Origin: Croceicoccus sp.
Lineage (GTDB): Bacteria > Pseudomonadota > Alphaproteobacteria > Sphingomonadales > Sphingomonadaceae
Direction of reading: 5' to 3'
Assembly (NCBI GenBank): GCA_029936705.1
Contig: JAPYSD010000001.1
Location: forward strand, 819-64,818
DNA length: 64,000 nucleotides
In this document: positions 1-9,505 of the stretch, in pieces
How the letters are laid out: every line of letters begins with the position of its first letter
Numbering within the stretch: the stretch's first letter is position 1
Notes under the pieces: generated by a model
Seen by the model: only the letters and a program-made list of their open reading frames with translations
The model's database searches: none
Told to the model about the DNA's origin: nothing
Position numbers and translations under genes: made by a program

Positions 1-612
1 CCTCGATCCGGTTCCACACGCGGCCCGGCGTAGAGGGGCGATCTTCCAGTGCCTCCGGACCGCCTTCGAGGAAGCGATCGTACCAGCGGTAGAATGTCCG
101 GCGGGGAATGCCGAGTTGGTCCAGCGTACGCTTGGCTGGCAGGTGCGATTGCTCGACCAACCTGATGATCTCCAGCTTCTCGGATGCGGGATATCTCATG
201 CCTCGTCGTCCCCAAACCCGCTGATGCTTTTTTTGAGCAGCCGGTTCTCAAGGGTGAGATCCGCGACGCACTCCTTCAGATCGCGGGCTTCGCGGCGCAG
301 ATCCTGTACCTCAGTGCTGGTCGCGGCTCGTGCGGTATCCCCGGCAAGCCGGCGCTTGCCATGTCACCGGCCAGATGATCCCCCGGATCATCTGGCGTAG
401 CTCCATTCCATGAATTCCTTGGACCAGGTGTAGTAGGGTTCTGGGCGATACCTTCCTTGCGTCACAGCTCGGCAATGCTGTCATCGCCGCGCAGGCCCTC
501 CAGAACGATGCGGATCTTGTCCTCTGCCGAAAAATGCCGCCGGGTACGCCGCTTGATGTCTTTAACGACCGCCTCCGCGCTGGGTTTGGCTGCCGAATTC
601 GACTTGGAGTGT
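1..612 (-). mobile_element. Degraded IS3-family element (orfA pseudogene plus start of orfB, runs off window edge)
   Basis: Minus strand encodes KPSAEAVVKDIKRRTRRHFSAEDKIRIVLEGLRGDDSIAEL* (premature stop), then ENRLLKK, then orfB start MRYPASEKLEIIRLVEQSHLPAKRTLDQLGIPRRTFYRWY. It carries a 44-bp insertion at 362-405. Confidence 0.85.
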
Positions 613-948
613 TTTGGCCTGCTGGGTGGCATCGGCGCACACCCCGAAGACGTGATGCACATGAAGCGCACCGCCGACCGCCTGTTCGGCGACAACTACG
701 AATGGTCGGTGCTGGCCGCGGGCGCGAACCAGATGCCGGTGCCGGCGATGGCGGCCAGCATGGGCGGGCACGTGCGCGTCGGGCTGGAAGACAGCCTGTG
801 GCTGGGCAAGGGGCAACTGGTCGAAACGAACGCGGCACAGGTGACGAAGGTTCGCCAGATCCTCGAAGGACTGGGCTGCGAAATCGCATCGCCAGACGAA
901 GCGCGCGAAATCCTTTCGCTCAAGGGCGGCGACGCGGTCGCGTTCTGA
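612..948 (+). pseudogene. C-terminal fragment of 3-keto-5-aminohexanoate cleavage (BKACE/DUF849) protein
   Basis: FGLLGGIGAHPEDVMHMKRTADRLFG...GGHVRVGLEDSLWLGKGQL..NAAQV..IASPDEAREILSLKG is the BKACE C-terminus; the N-terminus is replaced by IS3 sequence. Confidence 0.85.
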
Positions 949-999
949 GACCTCTACGTTCCACACTCGAGGAACAGAGCAAAACCATATTGAGGTGAC

Positions 1000-1245
1000 A
1001 TTGTGAAAGTGGGCCGGTCTCACAGTTGGTATTTCCGGCGGATTTTGCTTTGGAGGGAGACAAGTCTGTGAAACGAAAGCGGTTTTCTACAGAGCAGATT
1101 TTGTCGATGCTGGAGCAGGCGGAGTTGGGCCCGCCGGTGGCCGATTTGATCCGCCAAGTCGGTATTTCCAAGCAGACATTCTACAGGTGGAAGCGGCAGT
1201 ATGGAGGGCTGGAGTCGGACCAAGTCCGCGAGTTGAAGCAAGAAA
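1000..1245 (+). mobile_element. IS3-family orfA 5' fragment
   Basis: VKRKRFSTEQILSMLEQAELGPPVADLIRQVGISKQTFYRWKRQYGGLESDQVRELKQ, truncated. Confidence 0.85.
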
Positions 1246-1562
1246 ATGGCGGCATCCAAACGCCACATCCCGCACTTCAGCTCCATCGAGGAAGTCGATG
1301 TCACCAAGCTTGAGGAGATGCCAAGCGATCGCAACGCTGCGCGCGGCAACAAACCGAAACTGACCATCCTGTCCATGCTGATCACCGCGATTTGCAAGAT
1401 CCTGCCCGATCATCCTATGCTCAACGCGCCCTTCGACGATGAAGCAGGCATCGTTTCGCGGTTCCGAAGCATGCCCATCGGGATCGCGACAAAGACTGGC
1501 CGGTCTGATGCTCCCCGTCCTCCGTGACGCGCAAAGTAAGAACCTGTGGCAACTCGCAGCTG
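1240..1562 (+). pseudogene. Internal fragment of 2-oxoacid dehydrogenase E2 (dihydrolipoamide acyltransferase) catalytic domain, frameshifted
   Basis: MAASKRHIPHFSSIEEVDVTKLE...KLTILSMLITAICKIL.DHPMLNA.FDDEAG...IGIAT, then GLMLPVLRDAQSKNLWQLA in another frame. Confidence 0.8.
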
Positions 1563-1985
1563 CCTGCTGCTCCTCGCTCTTGACCGCAACGAAGCGCATG
1601 TTCGGACGCTATGCAGCCTCGCAAATCGCTTCGGCATCGGCGGCATCGTTCTTCTGGCGCTTTACAAACGGCTTCACATAGGAAGGCGGGATCAACCGGA
1701 TCTCGTGACCGAGCGCCGTAAACTCGCGTTCCCAGTGATGCGCTCCGCCACATGCCTCCATTGCGATCAGGCAACGCGGCTGCTGCGCCATGAAATCCTG
1801 CCACTTGCCTCGGCTCAATCGCGGCTGAAAACCTGCTTGCCGCTCCCGTCCACACCGTGCGCGTGAAAAACACTCTTAGCGATATCCAGACCGATTGTGG
1901 TAACTTCCGACACGGACGCCTCCTTCAGTGACGTTCAACACTTCCACTTTGGCACATCGATGCCGTCGGGGGTCGTCCTCCCATC
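1555..1985 (-). mobile_element. IS110-family transposase 5' fragment (pseudogene) with upstream non-coding end
   Basis: TTIGLDIAKSVFHAHG...IAMEACGGAHHW...RLIPPSYVKPFVKRQKNDAADAEAICEAA*RPNMRFVAVKSEEQQAA, with internal stops and truncation. Confidence 0.85.
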
Positions 1986-2464
1986 AGCTTTTGGGCTGAA
2001 AAGTGTGAGTAGCGGACGTTGGCATAGGTTACTCCGAGGGTCAGTCCACTCGTATCGCTTACCGAGAATTCATCAACGCCTCATGGCTTTTCATTCGGCG
2101 CACCGGCTTCGATGAATCAGCTCAGCCACGGCGTCGGCGGCTAGACCTGCAAAAGCGTTCCAGCCCGATCACGGCCCATGGCGACCAACGGAATCAATAG
2201 GACAACCGCTCCTATGGGAACCGCGATGGCGCCAATAACGCTTTTCGACCACCACCGCCATTTACGACTTAACCGCTTAACGAGCCGGTTGCCAGCGTCC
2301 GTCATCGTACGAAAAGCTTAATAGCTGAAACTCGCCGGTTGCGGACCGTCAGATTGTAGGAACTGACATAATCGAATAAAATGCTGGGATGGGCTTCCTC
2401 CATAGTCGGCCTTTCGCCGACCGTAAAAACTTTCACGCGGCCCCCTTGCGCCATCCACACAGAT

Positions 2465-2501
2465 GGAACCGCGGCAATCCAGCATGAATTGCCGCGGTTC
2501 C
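2465..2501 (-). terminator. Stem-loop downstream of TonB-dependent receptor
   Basis: 14-bp inverted repeat GGAACCGCGGCAAT / ATTGCCGCGGTTCC immediately after the stop codon. Confidence 0.6.
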
Positions 2502-2513
2502 GGGGAGAGCTCG

Positions 2514-4892
2514 TCAGAAGCTTGCCGAGACGGTCACGCCATACGTACGCGGACGTCCCGCATAGCGTACCGTCGTGTCGGTGATCCGCGCGGCATTGTT
2601 CCAGTAATATTCGTTCGTCAGATTGCGAACGAATGCGCCGATCTTGTATTTTTCGGCAAGCTTCAGGCCAGCACGCAAATCGATCAGCACGTAATCGTCG
2701 ATCGTCAGCCCCCCCCGGCTTGTCAGATCATCGGACGGCGTCGCGCGGGCATCGCCCAGCACGGCCTTTGAATCGCTCTGAAAGCTTAGATTCGCGCCGA
2801 TATAGGGCGAGATACTGTCGCTTGCCGCCCACTCGTACTGGCCATCCATGAGGACCTGGTACTTGGGCGTATAGGGGAAGCTCGACCCGGCAAAATCGAC
2901 CTGGTTTCCGTAAGAATCGTAATTGACGAAGCTGCCCTTGATCTTGGTATCGAGATAAGTGGCGCCGATGCTGAAGCGCAGGCCATCGGTTGGCGCCAGA
3001 TCAAGTTGCAGTTCGGCACCCTTCACCTCGGACTTGGGCACGTTGACCAGTGCCTCGAGCGGGCCGAAGATATCCGGGTTGGCGACCACGCGGCCCTTGA
3101 ACTGCTTGTCGGCATAATCATAGTAGAACACCGCCGCGTTGATCTGGGCCGTACGATCCAGAACCGTCAGCTTCGTTCCGATTTCATAGGCCGTTACAGA
3201 TTCCTGCGTGACCGGGCTGAACTGGTTGGCATCGCTGGCCGACAGCAGCGGAAAGCTACCCGATTTGAAGCCGCGGCTGACGCTGGCATAGACGAGCGCG
3301 TCGGGCGAAGGCTTGAGGTCGATGCCCGCGCGCCAAGAAACATTGTCTTCATCCAGCTTGTCGGTCACTTCGACAGCGGTAAGCGTTGAGGAATCGATCG
3401 TCACGCAGGCGTCGTCGGCGATCGTGATCGGGTCCAGCCCCGCGCCCGAGCGGATGAAGTTCAGCAAGTTCTCGATCCCCTGCCCCAGAGCGTCGCCGCG
3501 ATCGGCGGTGCAGCCTACGAAATCGATGTCGGTATCGGTATAGCGAATGCCGCCGTGCAAGGTGACCAGATCGCCGATGTCGTAATCGACATTGGCAAAG
3601 ATCGCCTTGTTCACGAATTTCTGACGGGCATACTGGCTATAGACGAAGAACGGGCCGCCCAGTCCTGCATCGACGAAATTATAGGCCGATGTCGACTGGT
3701 CGTAAGGCCCGGCGTCGTCCTGCTGATAGGTCTTTTCGCGGGCGTAATTTCCGCCGATGATCCATGTCAGATTGCCCATCTCGCCCTGCAGACGCAGTTC
3801 CTGCGAAAAGGCGCTGATGTCACCGGTGGTGTTGTAGAAATAGTCGCGAAGCGCCACGCCATCGGGATCGATGGCGGTGTCATGCGAATATTCCGACCAG
3901 CTGGTGATCGAGGTCAGCGTCACGGCGCTGGAAAGATCGAGATCGCCGCGCAGAGCCGCCTGATAGAACCAGTTGTCGCGCTTGGGCGCCTGCGTATCGG
4001 TCCAGTCGGCGTCGCGGTTGTTTTCAGGCGCGACAGGATAGGTAGCGAGATCGCCGAGCCGCGCCGGATTACCCAGCGGCACCACGCCGATCAGCTGCGC
4101 GGCCTGCCCGTCACTCTTATCGATGAAACCGTTGAGGTTCAGCTCGAAACGCAGCGCATCGCTCGGCTCAAAATCCACCAGCATGCGCGCGGACGTAAAG
4201 CGTTGATCGCCCAGTTCATCATCGCGTGTATAGCTGCGCTGCCATGCCCCGCCCTGGACGGTCTGTGCTGCGATACGTGCCTTGATCGTGTCGCCCAGCG
4301 GGCCGCTGACATGGCCGCCTACAGTGACCTCGCCGAAATTCTGAACCGTGGCAGAAAGACCGCCTTCAAGATAATCCGTCGGCTTGGCCGCGATATAGTT
4401 GATCGCGCCGCCGGTGGCATTCGATCCGAACAGGGTGCCCTGCGGCCCCTTCAACACCTCGACCCGTTCAAGGTCGAGCGTCGCTCCACGCGTCATGATC
4501 GAAAAGGGGATCGGGACCTGGTCCTGATAGACGCTGACCGTGGGTTTTGCTGCAAGGCTGGTATCGTAAAATCCCACGCCGCGCAGCGTGTAGACCGGCG
4601 TTGCATAGGCGCTTTCGGTATAAGTGAAGCCTGGCACGACCTTCACCAGATCGGCAACATCGGTGATGCCCTGATCCGCCAGCTGGTCGCCCGATGCGGC
4701 GGTGATCGAGAGTGGTACGTCGTTCAACGATTCCGACCGTTTCTGGGCCGTGACGATGATTTCTTGCAGTCCTTGTGACGGCTGAGCGGACTGTGGCTCG
4801 GCTTCATCCGATGGCTGCATGTCCTGCGCGAAGGCATTGCCCGCAATCGCCAGTGTCGATGCCGAAACGGCAAGTATGATTGTTGTCTTCAT
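2514..4892 (-). CDS. TonB-dependent receptor
   Basis: Signal peptide MKTTIILAVSASTLAIAGNAFAQ, TonB box EIIVTAQKR, plug motif ERVEVLKGPQGTLFG, C-terminal PRTYGVTVSASF. Confidence 0.95.
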   Translation of the reverse strand: MKTTIILAVSASTLAIAGNAFAQDMQPSDEAEPQSAQPSQGLQEIIVTAQKRSESLNDVPLSITAASGDQLADQGITDVADLVKVVPGFTYTESAYATPVYTLRGVGFYDTSLAAKPTVSVYQDQVPIPFSIMTRGATLDLERVEVLKGPQGTLFGSNATGGAINYIAAKPTDYLEGGLSATVQNFGEVTVGGHVSGPLGDTIKARIAAQTVQGGAWQRSYTRDDELGDQRFTSARMLVDFEPSDALRFELNLNGFIDKSDGQAAQLIGVVPLGNPARLGDLATYPVAPENNRDADWTDTQAPKRDNWFYQAALRGDLDLSSAVTLTSITSWSEYSHDTAIDPDGVALRDYFYNTTGDISAFSQELRLQGEMGNLTWIIGGNYAREKTYQQDDAGPYDQSTSAYNFVDAGLGGPFFVYSQYARQKFVNKAIFANVDYDIGDLVTLHGGIRYTDTDIDFVGCTADRGDALGQGIENLLNFIRSGAGLDPITIADDACVTIDSSTLTAVEVTDKLDEDNVSWRAGIDLKPSPDALVYASVSRGFKSGSFPLLSASDANQFSPVTQESVTAYEIGTKLTVLDRTAQINAAVFYYDYADKQFKGRVVANPDIFGPLEALVNVPKSEVKGAELQLDLAPTDGLRFSIGATYLDTKIKGSFVNYDSYGNQVDFAGSSFPYTPKYQVLMDGQYEWAASDSISPYIGANLSFQSDSKAVLGDARATPSDDLTSRGGLTIDDYVLIDLRAGLKLAEKYKIGAFVRNLTNEYYWNNAARITDTTVRYAGRPRTYGVTVSASF

Positions 4893-4976
4893 TATCCCTC
4901 TCCTGTTCATTCGGGGCTGGCCGTCTTCGGAACCATATCCCTGTCTCAATTGCTTATTTTTCAGGATTTCTTGCGC

Positions 4977-6302
4977 TTAGGCCTTGCGGAAGCGGACCGG
5001 CAGGCTCTTGTAACCGCCAACAAAATTGGCCTCGACCAGCTTGGGCGGTCCAGCCAGCTCGATCGATGCGATATGCGGCATCAGTTCTTCGAAGAGGATG
5101 CGCATTTCCAGTTTCGCCAGATGCTGGCCAAGGCACATGTGCGGGCCAAATCCGAAAGCGATGTGCTTGTTGGGGCTGCGCGTGATGTCAAAACGGTCCG
5201 GATCGTCGAACACCGCCTCATCACGATTGCCCGATGGGTAACACATCATCAGTCGGTCCATCGAACGGATCAGCTGTCCGCCGACCTCCACATCCTGCGT
5301 CGCGTTGCGCATGAAATGCTTCACGGGACTGGTCCAGCGGATCGCCTCGTCGACAAGACCAGGGATCATTGCGGGATCGGCCTTCACCTTCTCGAAATTC
5401 TCAGGGAACTCGATCATGCCGTGCATGCCCCCTGTGACGGATGAAGAGGTGGTGTCATGCCCCGCAGTCGCGATGGCGACGAAATAGCCATTGGCTTCGT
5501 CACGCCCGATGGGGGCGCCATTGATCCGCGAATTGGCGATCAGAGTCAGAAGGTCGTCCTGCGGCTCGGCCCGGCGCTTTTCGGCCAGCGCGTCGAAATA
5601 CTGGAAGAAATCCTCAAGCGCTGCAGCCCACATCTTTGCAGCGGCGACGGGATCGTCCTTCATCTCGTCACGCTGCTCTTCAGGGTCGTGGCCGCCAAAG
5701 AACTCCTGCGTCAGCTTCAGCATCTTGGGTTCATCTTCGGGCGGCACGCCGAAAAGCGTCATGATCACGCGCAGCGGGTAATGCAGCGCGAAATCACGCA
5801 CGAAATCACATTCACCGTCAAAGCTGAGGAAGTGCTCGACAGACTGCTTGGCCAGAACCCGGATCTGGTCTTCAAGCTTTCCGATCTTGCCCGGCAGGAA
5901 CCAGTTGGCCGTCAGCATGCGAAATTGCTGGTGAACCGGTGGGTCCATATAGGTCAGCGACGCCAGGCCGCTGACCGACCCGCCCGTCATTTCTCGCGTG
6001 AAATCGTCGGAAGCGCGGTCATTCAGCACCGGGTTAAAATCGGCGTTGTGAAAGAGCTTAGCGTTCTTCTCGACCTCGCGGATGTCGGCATGGCGGGTTA
6101 CGATCCACATGGGATCGAACCCTTCGACCTCGGCCACGCCCAGCGGCATGTTTTCGCGCAGCCATTTGAATGCGTCATAGATCACGGCATCATCGGCATA
6201 GGACTTCGCCGCAATGACGGTCTCTGCGACGTGCTGAGGGATAATGGGACGCGAAGTCGCCTGTGTTGCCGAAGCCATCTCTATCTCCCGAACCGCGGCC
6301 AT
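4977..6302 (-). CDS. Cytochrome P450, CYP108 (P450terp-like) family
   Basis: I-helix AIATAGHDTT, ExxR (EAIR), heme motif FGFGPHMCLG; YADDAVIYDAFKWLR and MLKLTQEFFG resemble CYP108A1 as recalled. Alternative start at 6278. Confidence 0.93.
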   Translation of the reverse strand: MAAVREIEMASATQATSRPIIPQHVAETVIAAKSYADDAVIYDAFKWLRENMPLGVAEVEGFDPMWIVTRHADIREVEKNAKLFHNADFNPVLNDRASDDFTREMTGGSVSGLASLTYMDPPVHQQFRMLTANWFLPGKIGKLEDQIRVLAKQSVEHFLSFDGECDFVRDFALHYPLRVIMTLFGVPPEDEPKMLKLTQEFFGGHDPEEQRDEMKDDPVAAAKMWAAALEDFFQYFDALAEKRRAEPQDDLLTLIANSRINGAPIGRDEANGYFVAIATAGHDTTSSSVTGGMHGMIEFPENFEKVKADPAMIPGLVDEAIRWTSPVKHFMRNATQDVEVGGQLIRSMDRLMMCYPSGNRDEAVFDDPDRFDITRSPNKHIAFGFGPHMCLGQHLAKLEMRILFEELMPHIASIELAGPPKLVEANFVGGYKSLPVRFRKA

Positions 6303-6364
6303 TTCGCCGCCTCTTGCGTATTCAATATACGTAATCTGCAGAGATGATTTGGGTCAAGCGCCAA

Positions 6365-6379
6365 AATGGTCGAACCATT
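6365..6379. promoter_or_regulatory. FadR/GntR-type operator (copy 1)
   Basis: Palindrome AATGGT-CGA-ACCATT upstream of the P450. Confidence 0.7.
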
Positions 6380-6481
6380 GGCGGAAACTCGCATGACTCG
6401 ATGCGATCGGGCTAATCCGGCGGAAATCGGAGGATGTTGATTCGCATAATCGAATGTCCGCAGACAAATCGAATGGCGCGA

Positions 6482-7225
6482 CTATTGTTCGCGATGCGCG
6501 CGATGATCCAGCGTTCGGCTATCTGACGTTTCGCGCGCGTGCCTGATCGCATCGACATGCCGGAAAAAGGCGCGGCGGCGCATCAGGCCAAAAAAGTTGA
6601 GCATGAGCGGCAAGGCCGCTTCGACCAGGCGGGCTGCCTCCTCCACGTCCCTGCGGCCCTCGACATGTTCGAGAAAGGTCTTGGCCTCCCACGCGCCGAC
6701 GAAATCCGAAGCCTCGATATAGAAGCCCAATATGTCCGGCGAATAATCGAGCGTGTCATTGAAACCGGCGTTGCGCATATCGCCCCAGATGCTGACCAGT
6801 TCCGCCGAGGTCAGGCTCAAGGCTTCACCCTGATCGGTCTCGATAATCTCGATAATCCCGATTTCGCTCAGTGTCTTCGCGTCCTGTCGGGCCTTGGGAT
6901 AACGCTTGACCAGAGAATCGAGGGGCACAGGGGCCTGATCGGATGCTTCGCTGTGAGCCACCAGGGTTTCCAGGTCGTCGAAGGCGCTCTCATCAACCCG
7001 CTTGCTGGTTCCGCTGCCGGCAACAAGCTCCTTGATCTGGGACAGCGTCAACCGGTTCTCCCGCTGAAGCCGCCGCACCGCGCGGATCGCTTCAACATGC
7101 TGATCGCCGTATTCGGCGACGGTCCTGCCGCTGCGTTCCGGTTGAGGAACAAGACCCTCGCGCAGGAAAACGCGGATCGTTTCCCTGTTCACGCCGGTTG
7201 CTTCTTCCAGTTCCTTCATTTTCAT
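6482..7225 (-). CDS. MerR-family transcriptional regulator
   Basis: MKMKELEEATGVNRETIRVFLREGLVPQPERSGRTVAEYG MerR-type HTH. Confidence 0.9.
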   Translation of the reverse strand: MKMKELEEATGVNRETIRVFLREGLVPQPERSGRTVAEYGDQHVEAIRAVRRLQRENRLTLSQIKELVAGSGTSKRVDESAFDDLETLVAHSEASDQAPVPLDSLVKRYPKARQDAKTLSEIGIIEIIETDQGEALSLTSAELVSIWGDMRNAGFNDTLDYSPDILGFYIEASDFVGAWEAKTFLEHVEGRRDVEEAARLVEAALPLMLNFFGLMRRRAFFRHVDAIRHARETSDSRTLDHRAHREQ

Positions 7226-7344
7226 TGGCCAAGGCTACAGCACGCGATGCGGGACTGCGCAAGATGCCCGTGCACCCGCAGGCCGCCACCTTTGCGCCAG
7301 ATCAAGGTCGATCGATCCGATCCGGGCCGGAAAGCCCGTTGGCA

Positions 7345-7359
7345 AGAGGTCAGACCATT
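7345..7359. promoter_or_regulatory. FadR/GntR-type operator (copy 2)
   Basis: AGAGGTCAGACCATT between divergent merR and gntR genes. Confidence 0.6.
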
Positions 7360-7428
7360 GGGCCAGCACTTGTCAGCACGCGAAACGGGCAATACCGATA
7401 GCTGGAAAACAAGAGCAACTGGCAAAAC

Positions 7429-8163
7429 ATGATCATGGCAAAACCGGCAGGAAGCGAAATCAAGAGGGGCTTCAAACCCATCAAGACGCAGCGCGCATTC
7501 GAAGCGGTATGCGATCAGGTGCGCCAGATGGTCGCTGATGGCACGCTAAAGGCAGGTGACAAGCTTCCGGCCGAACGCGAACTGGCCGTCCGCTTCCAGA
7601 TCAGCCGCAACGCGGTGCGCGAGGCGCTGCGAAGCCTTGAAATGTCGGGTATCATCCGCAACGAAAAGGGCGTGAAGGGCGGCGCCTTCATTCAGGCGGC
7701 GGAAAATGAACATGTCGCGCAGGCGATGCAGGACTTCGTCCATCTCGGCAAAGTCTCGCTCGACGAATTGACCGAAGCGCGTCTCAGCATTCAAGCCACT
7801 GTCGTTCGCCTTGCGTGCGAACGCGGGACCGACGCCCATTTCGATCGCTTGGCCGCCATCGTGGAGCAGACCCGCATCGAGACCGATGTCGAGGCACGCT
7901 ATCACTGCGCGGTTGAGTTCTATCAGGTGCTGGCCGAAGCGACGGGGAACCGCATCTATGCGTTGTTCGTCGGGGCCTTGTCATCGATCCTGCAGGCTTT
8001 CGTGGCCGGGCCGAATTACAAGACGTTGCAGGAAACCTTGATCGATTCGCGCCACCGCCTTGTCACGGCCCTGCGAGAGAGGGATTGCGGTGCAGCCGTC
8101 GCGGAAATGACCGCGCACCTCGACCGGATACACCAACACATGCAGGAAAACGCGGCGCGCTAG
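7429..8163 (+). CDS. GntR/FadR-family transcriptional regulator
   Basis: GDKLPAERELAVRFQISRNAVREALRSLEMSG winged HTH plus FCD domain. Confidence 0.93.
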   Translation: MIMAKPAGSEIKRGFKPIKTQRAFEAVCDQVRQMVADGTLKAGDKLPAERELAVRFQISRNAVREALRSLEMSGIIRNEKGVKGGAFIQAAENEHVAQAMQDFVHLGKVSLDELTEARLSIQATVVRLACERGTDAHFDRLAAIVEQTRIETDVEARYHCAVEFYQVLAEATGNRIYALFVGALSSILQAFVAGPNYKTLQETLIDSRHRLVTALRERDCGAAVAEMTAHLDRIHQHMQENAAR

Positions 8164-8225
8164 CGTCTGGCATTTTGCGCGCTGATGACCATCGGCACCC
8201 ACTTGCATTTTACCGCCCGATTTTT

Positions 8226-8240
8226 ATAGGTAGGACCATT
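8226..8240. promoter_or_regulatory. FadR/GntR-type operator (copy 3)
   Basis: ATAGGTAGGACCATT upstream of the CoA-transferase. Confidence 0.65.
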
Positions 8241-8265
8241 GTACCTTTAAGAGACGGAGAGCGGT

Positions 8266-9447
8266 GTGGACGATCGGATGGCAGGCGCCCTTGATGGGAT
8301 CAGGGTGCTGGATTTCACGGCAGTGATGGCAGGTCCGTTCGCCACGCGCATGCTGGCCGATCTTGGCGCCGAGGTCATCAAGGTGGAGACGATGAAAGGC
8401 GGCGATCAGGTCCGCGCCCGTCCGCCGCTGCGCGATGGCAAGAGCCGCTATTTCGCACAGCTCAACGCCGGCAAGCGCAGTCTTGCCTGCGACCTGAAGA
8501 ACCCTGCCATGCAGGAGACCATCCGCGAGCTGGCCAGCCAGTGTGACATCGTGGTCGAAAATTTCCGCCCCGGCGTGATGGCCCGTTTCGGCCTTGATTA
8601 TGAAACGCTGGCCAAAACCAATCCGCGCCTGATCTACTGCTCGATCTCAGGCTATGGCCAACAAGGGCCCAAGGCCCATTCCCCCGCCTATGCGCCGGTC
8701 ATCCATGCCAGCAGCGGATTCGACATGACCAATCTTGAATATCAGGACAATGCGGATAAGCCGGCAACCAGCGGCATCTTCATCGCTGACGTTCTTGGTG
8801 GCACCCACGCTTTTGGCGCGATCCAGACCGCGCTCTTCCAACGCGAACGGACCGGCGCGGGCCAGTTCATCGATGTGTCCATGCTGGAAGCGATGGTCGG
8901 CATGCTGGTGTATGAAACGCAGACCGCGCAGCAGCCTCTCGATCAGCGCCGCCCGCTTTACAAACCTTTGCGCACCGCCGACGGATTCATCATGGTCGCC
9001 CCCACCAGCCCCGGCAATTTCCTGAGCCTGGTAAAAGCAATGGAGCGTGAAGATCTGGCCGACGATCCGCGCTTTGCCACCAATGCCGATCGCAATCGCA
9101 ACTGGGATGCGCTGCTGACCGAAGCCGAGAGCTGGACCATGAAGCACAGTTCGGAACAGGCCGAAGCACAGCTATCGGCAAAAGGCGTGCCCTGCGCTGT
9201 CTATCGCAACGTCACCGAGGTGATGGAGGACGAGCAACTGGCAGCACGCCAAGCCTTTACCACGCTGGACGACGGTGCCGGCCAGTTCAAAGTGACCAAC
9301 CCTCCTTTCAAAATGTCCAATTCGGCCGCCCATGCCCGCGATCACATGCCCGCGCTGGGCGAGGATGGCGGCGCCATCCTTCACGACATATTAGATTTAC
9401 GGGACGACGAGATCGAGACCTATCGCTCTCAAGGCATGATGCTATAA
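8266..9447 (+). CDS. Class III CoA-transferase (CaiB/BaiF family)
   Basis: LDGIRVLDFTAVMAGPFATRMLADLGAEVIKVE, NAGKRSL, DIVVENFRPG, IYCSISGYGQ. Confidence 0.95.
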   Translation: MDDRMAGALDGIRVLDFTAVMAGPFATRMLADLGAEVIKVETMKGGDQVRARPPLRDGKSRYFAQLNAGKRSLACDLKNPAMQETIRELASQCDIVVENFRPGVMARFGLDYETLAKTNPRLIYCSISGYGQQGPKAHSPAYAPVIHASSGFDMTNLEYQDNADKPATSGIFIADVLGGTHAFGAIQTALFQRERTGAGQFIDVSMLEAMVGMLVYETQTAQQPLDQRRPLYKPLRTADGFIMVAPTSPGNFLSLVKAMEREDLADDPRFATNADRNRNWDALLTEAESWTMKHSSEQAEAQLSAKGVPCAVYRNVTEVMEDEQLAARQAFTTLDDGAGQFKVTNPPFKMSNSAAHARDHMPALGEDGGAILHDILDLRDDEIETYRSQGMML

Positions 9448-9505
9448 GTTCTATCGAGAGGCACATCGGAACAATCAGGTGCCGGACCGAGAGCGGGTTG
9501 AGGAA

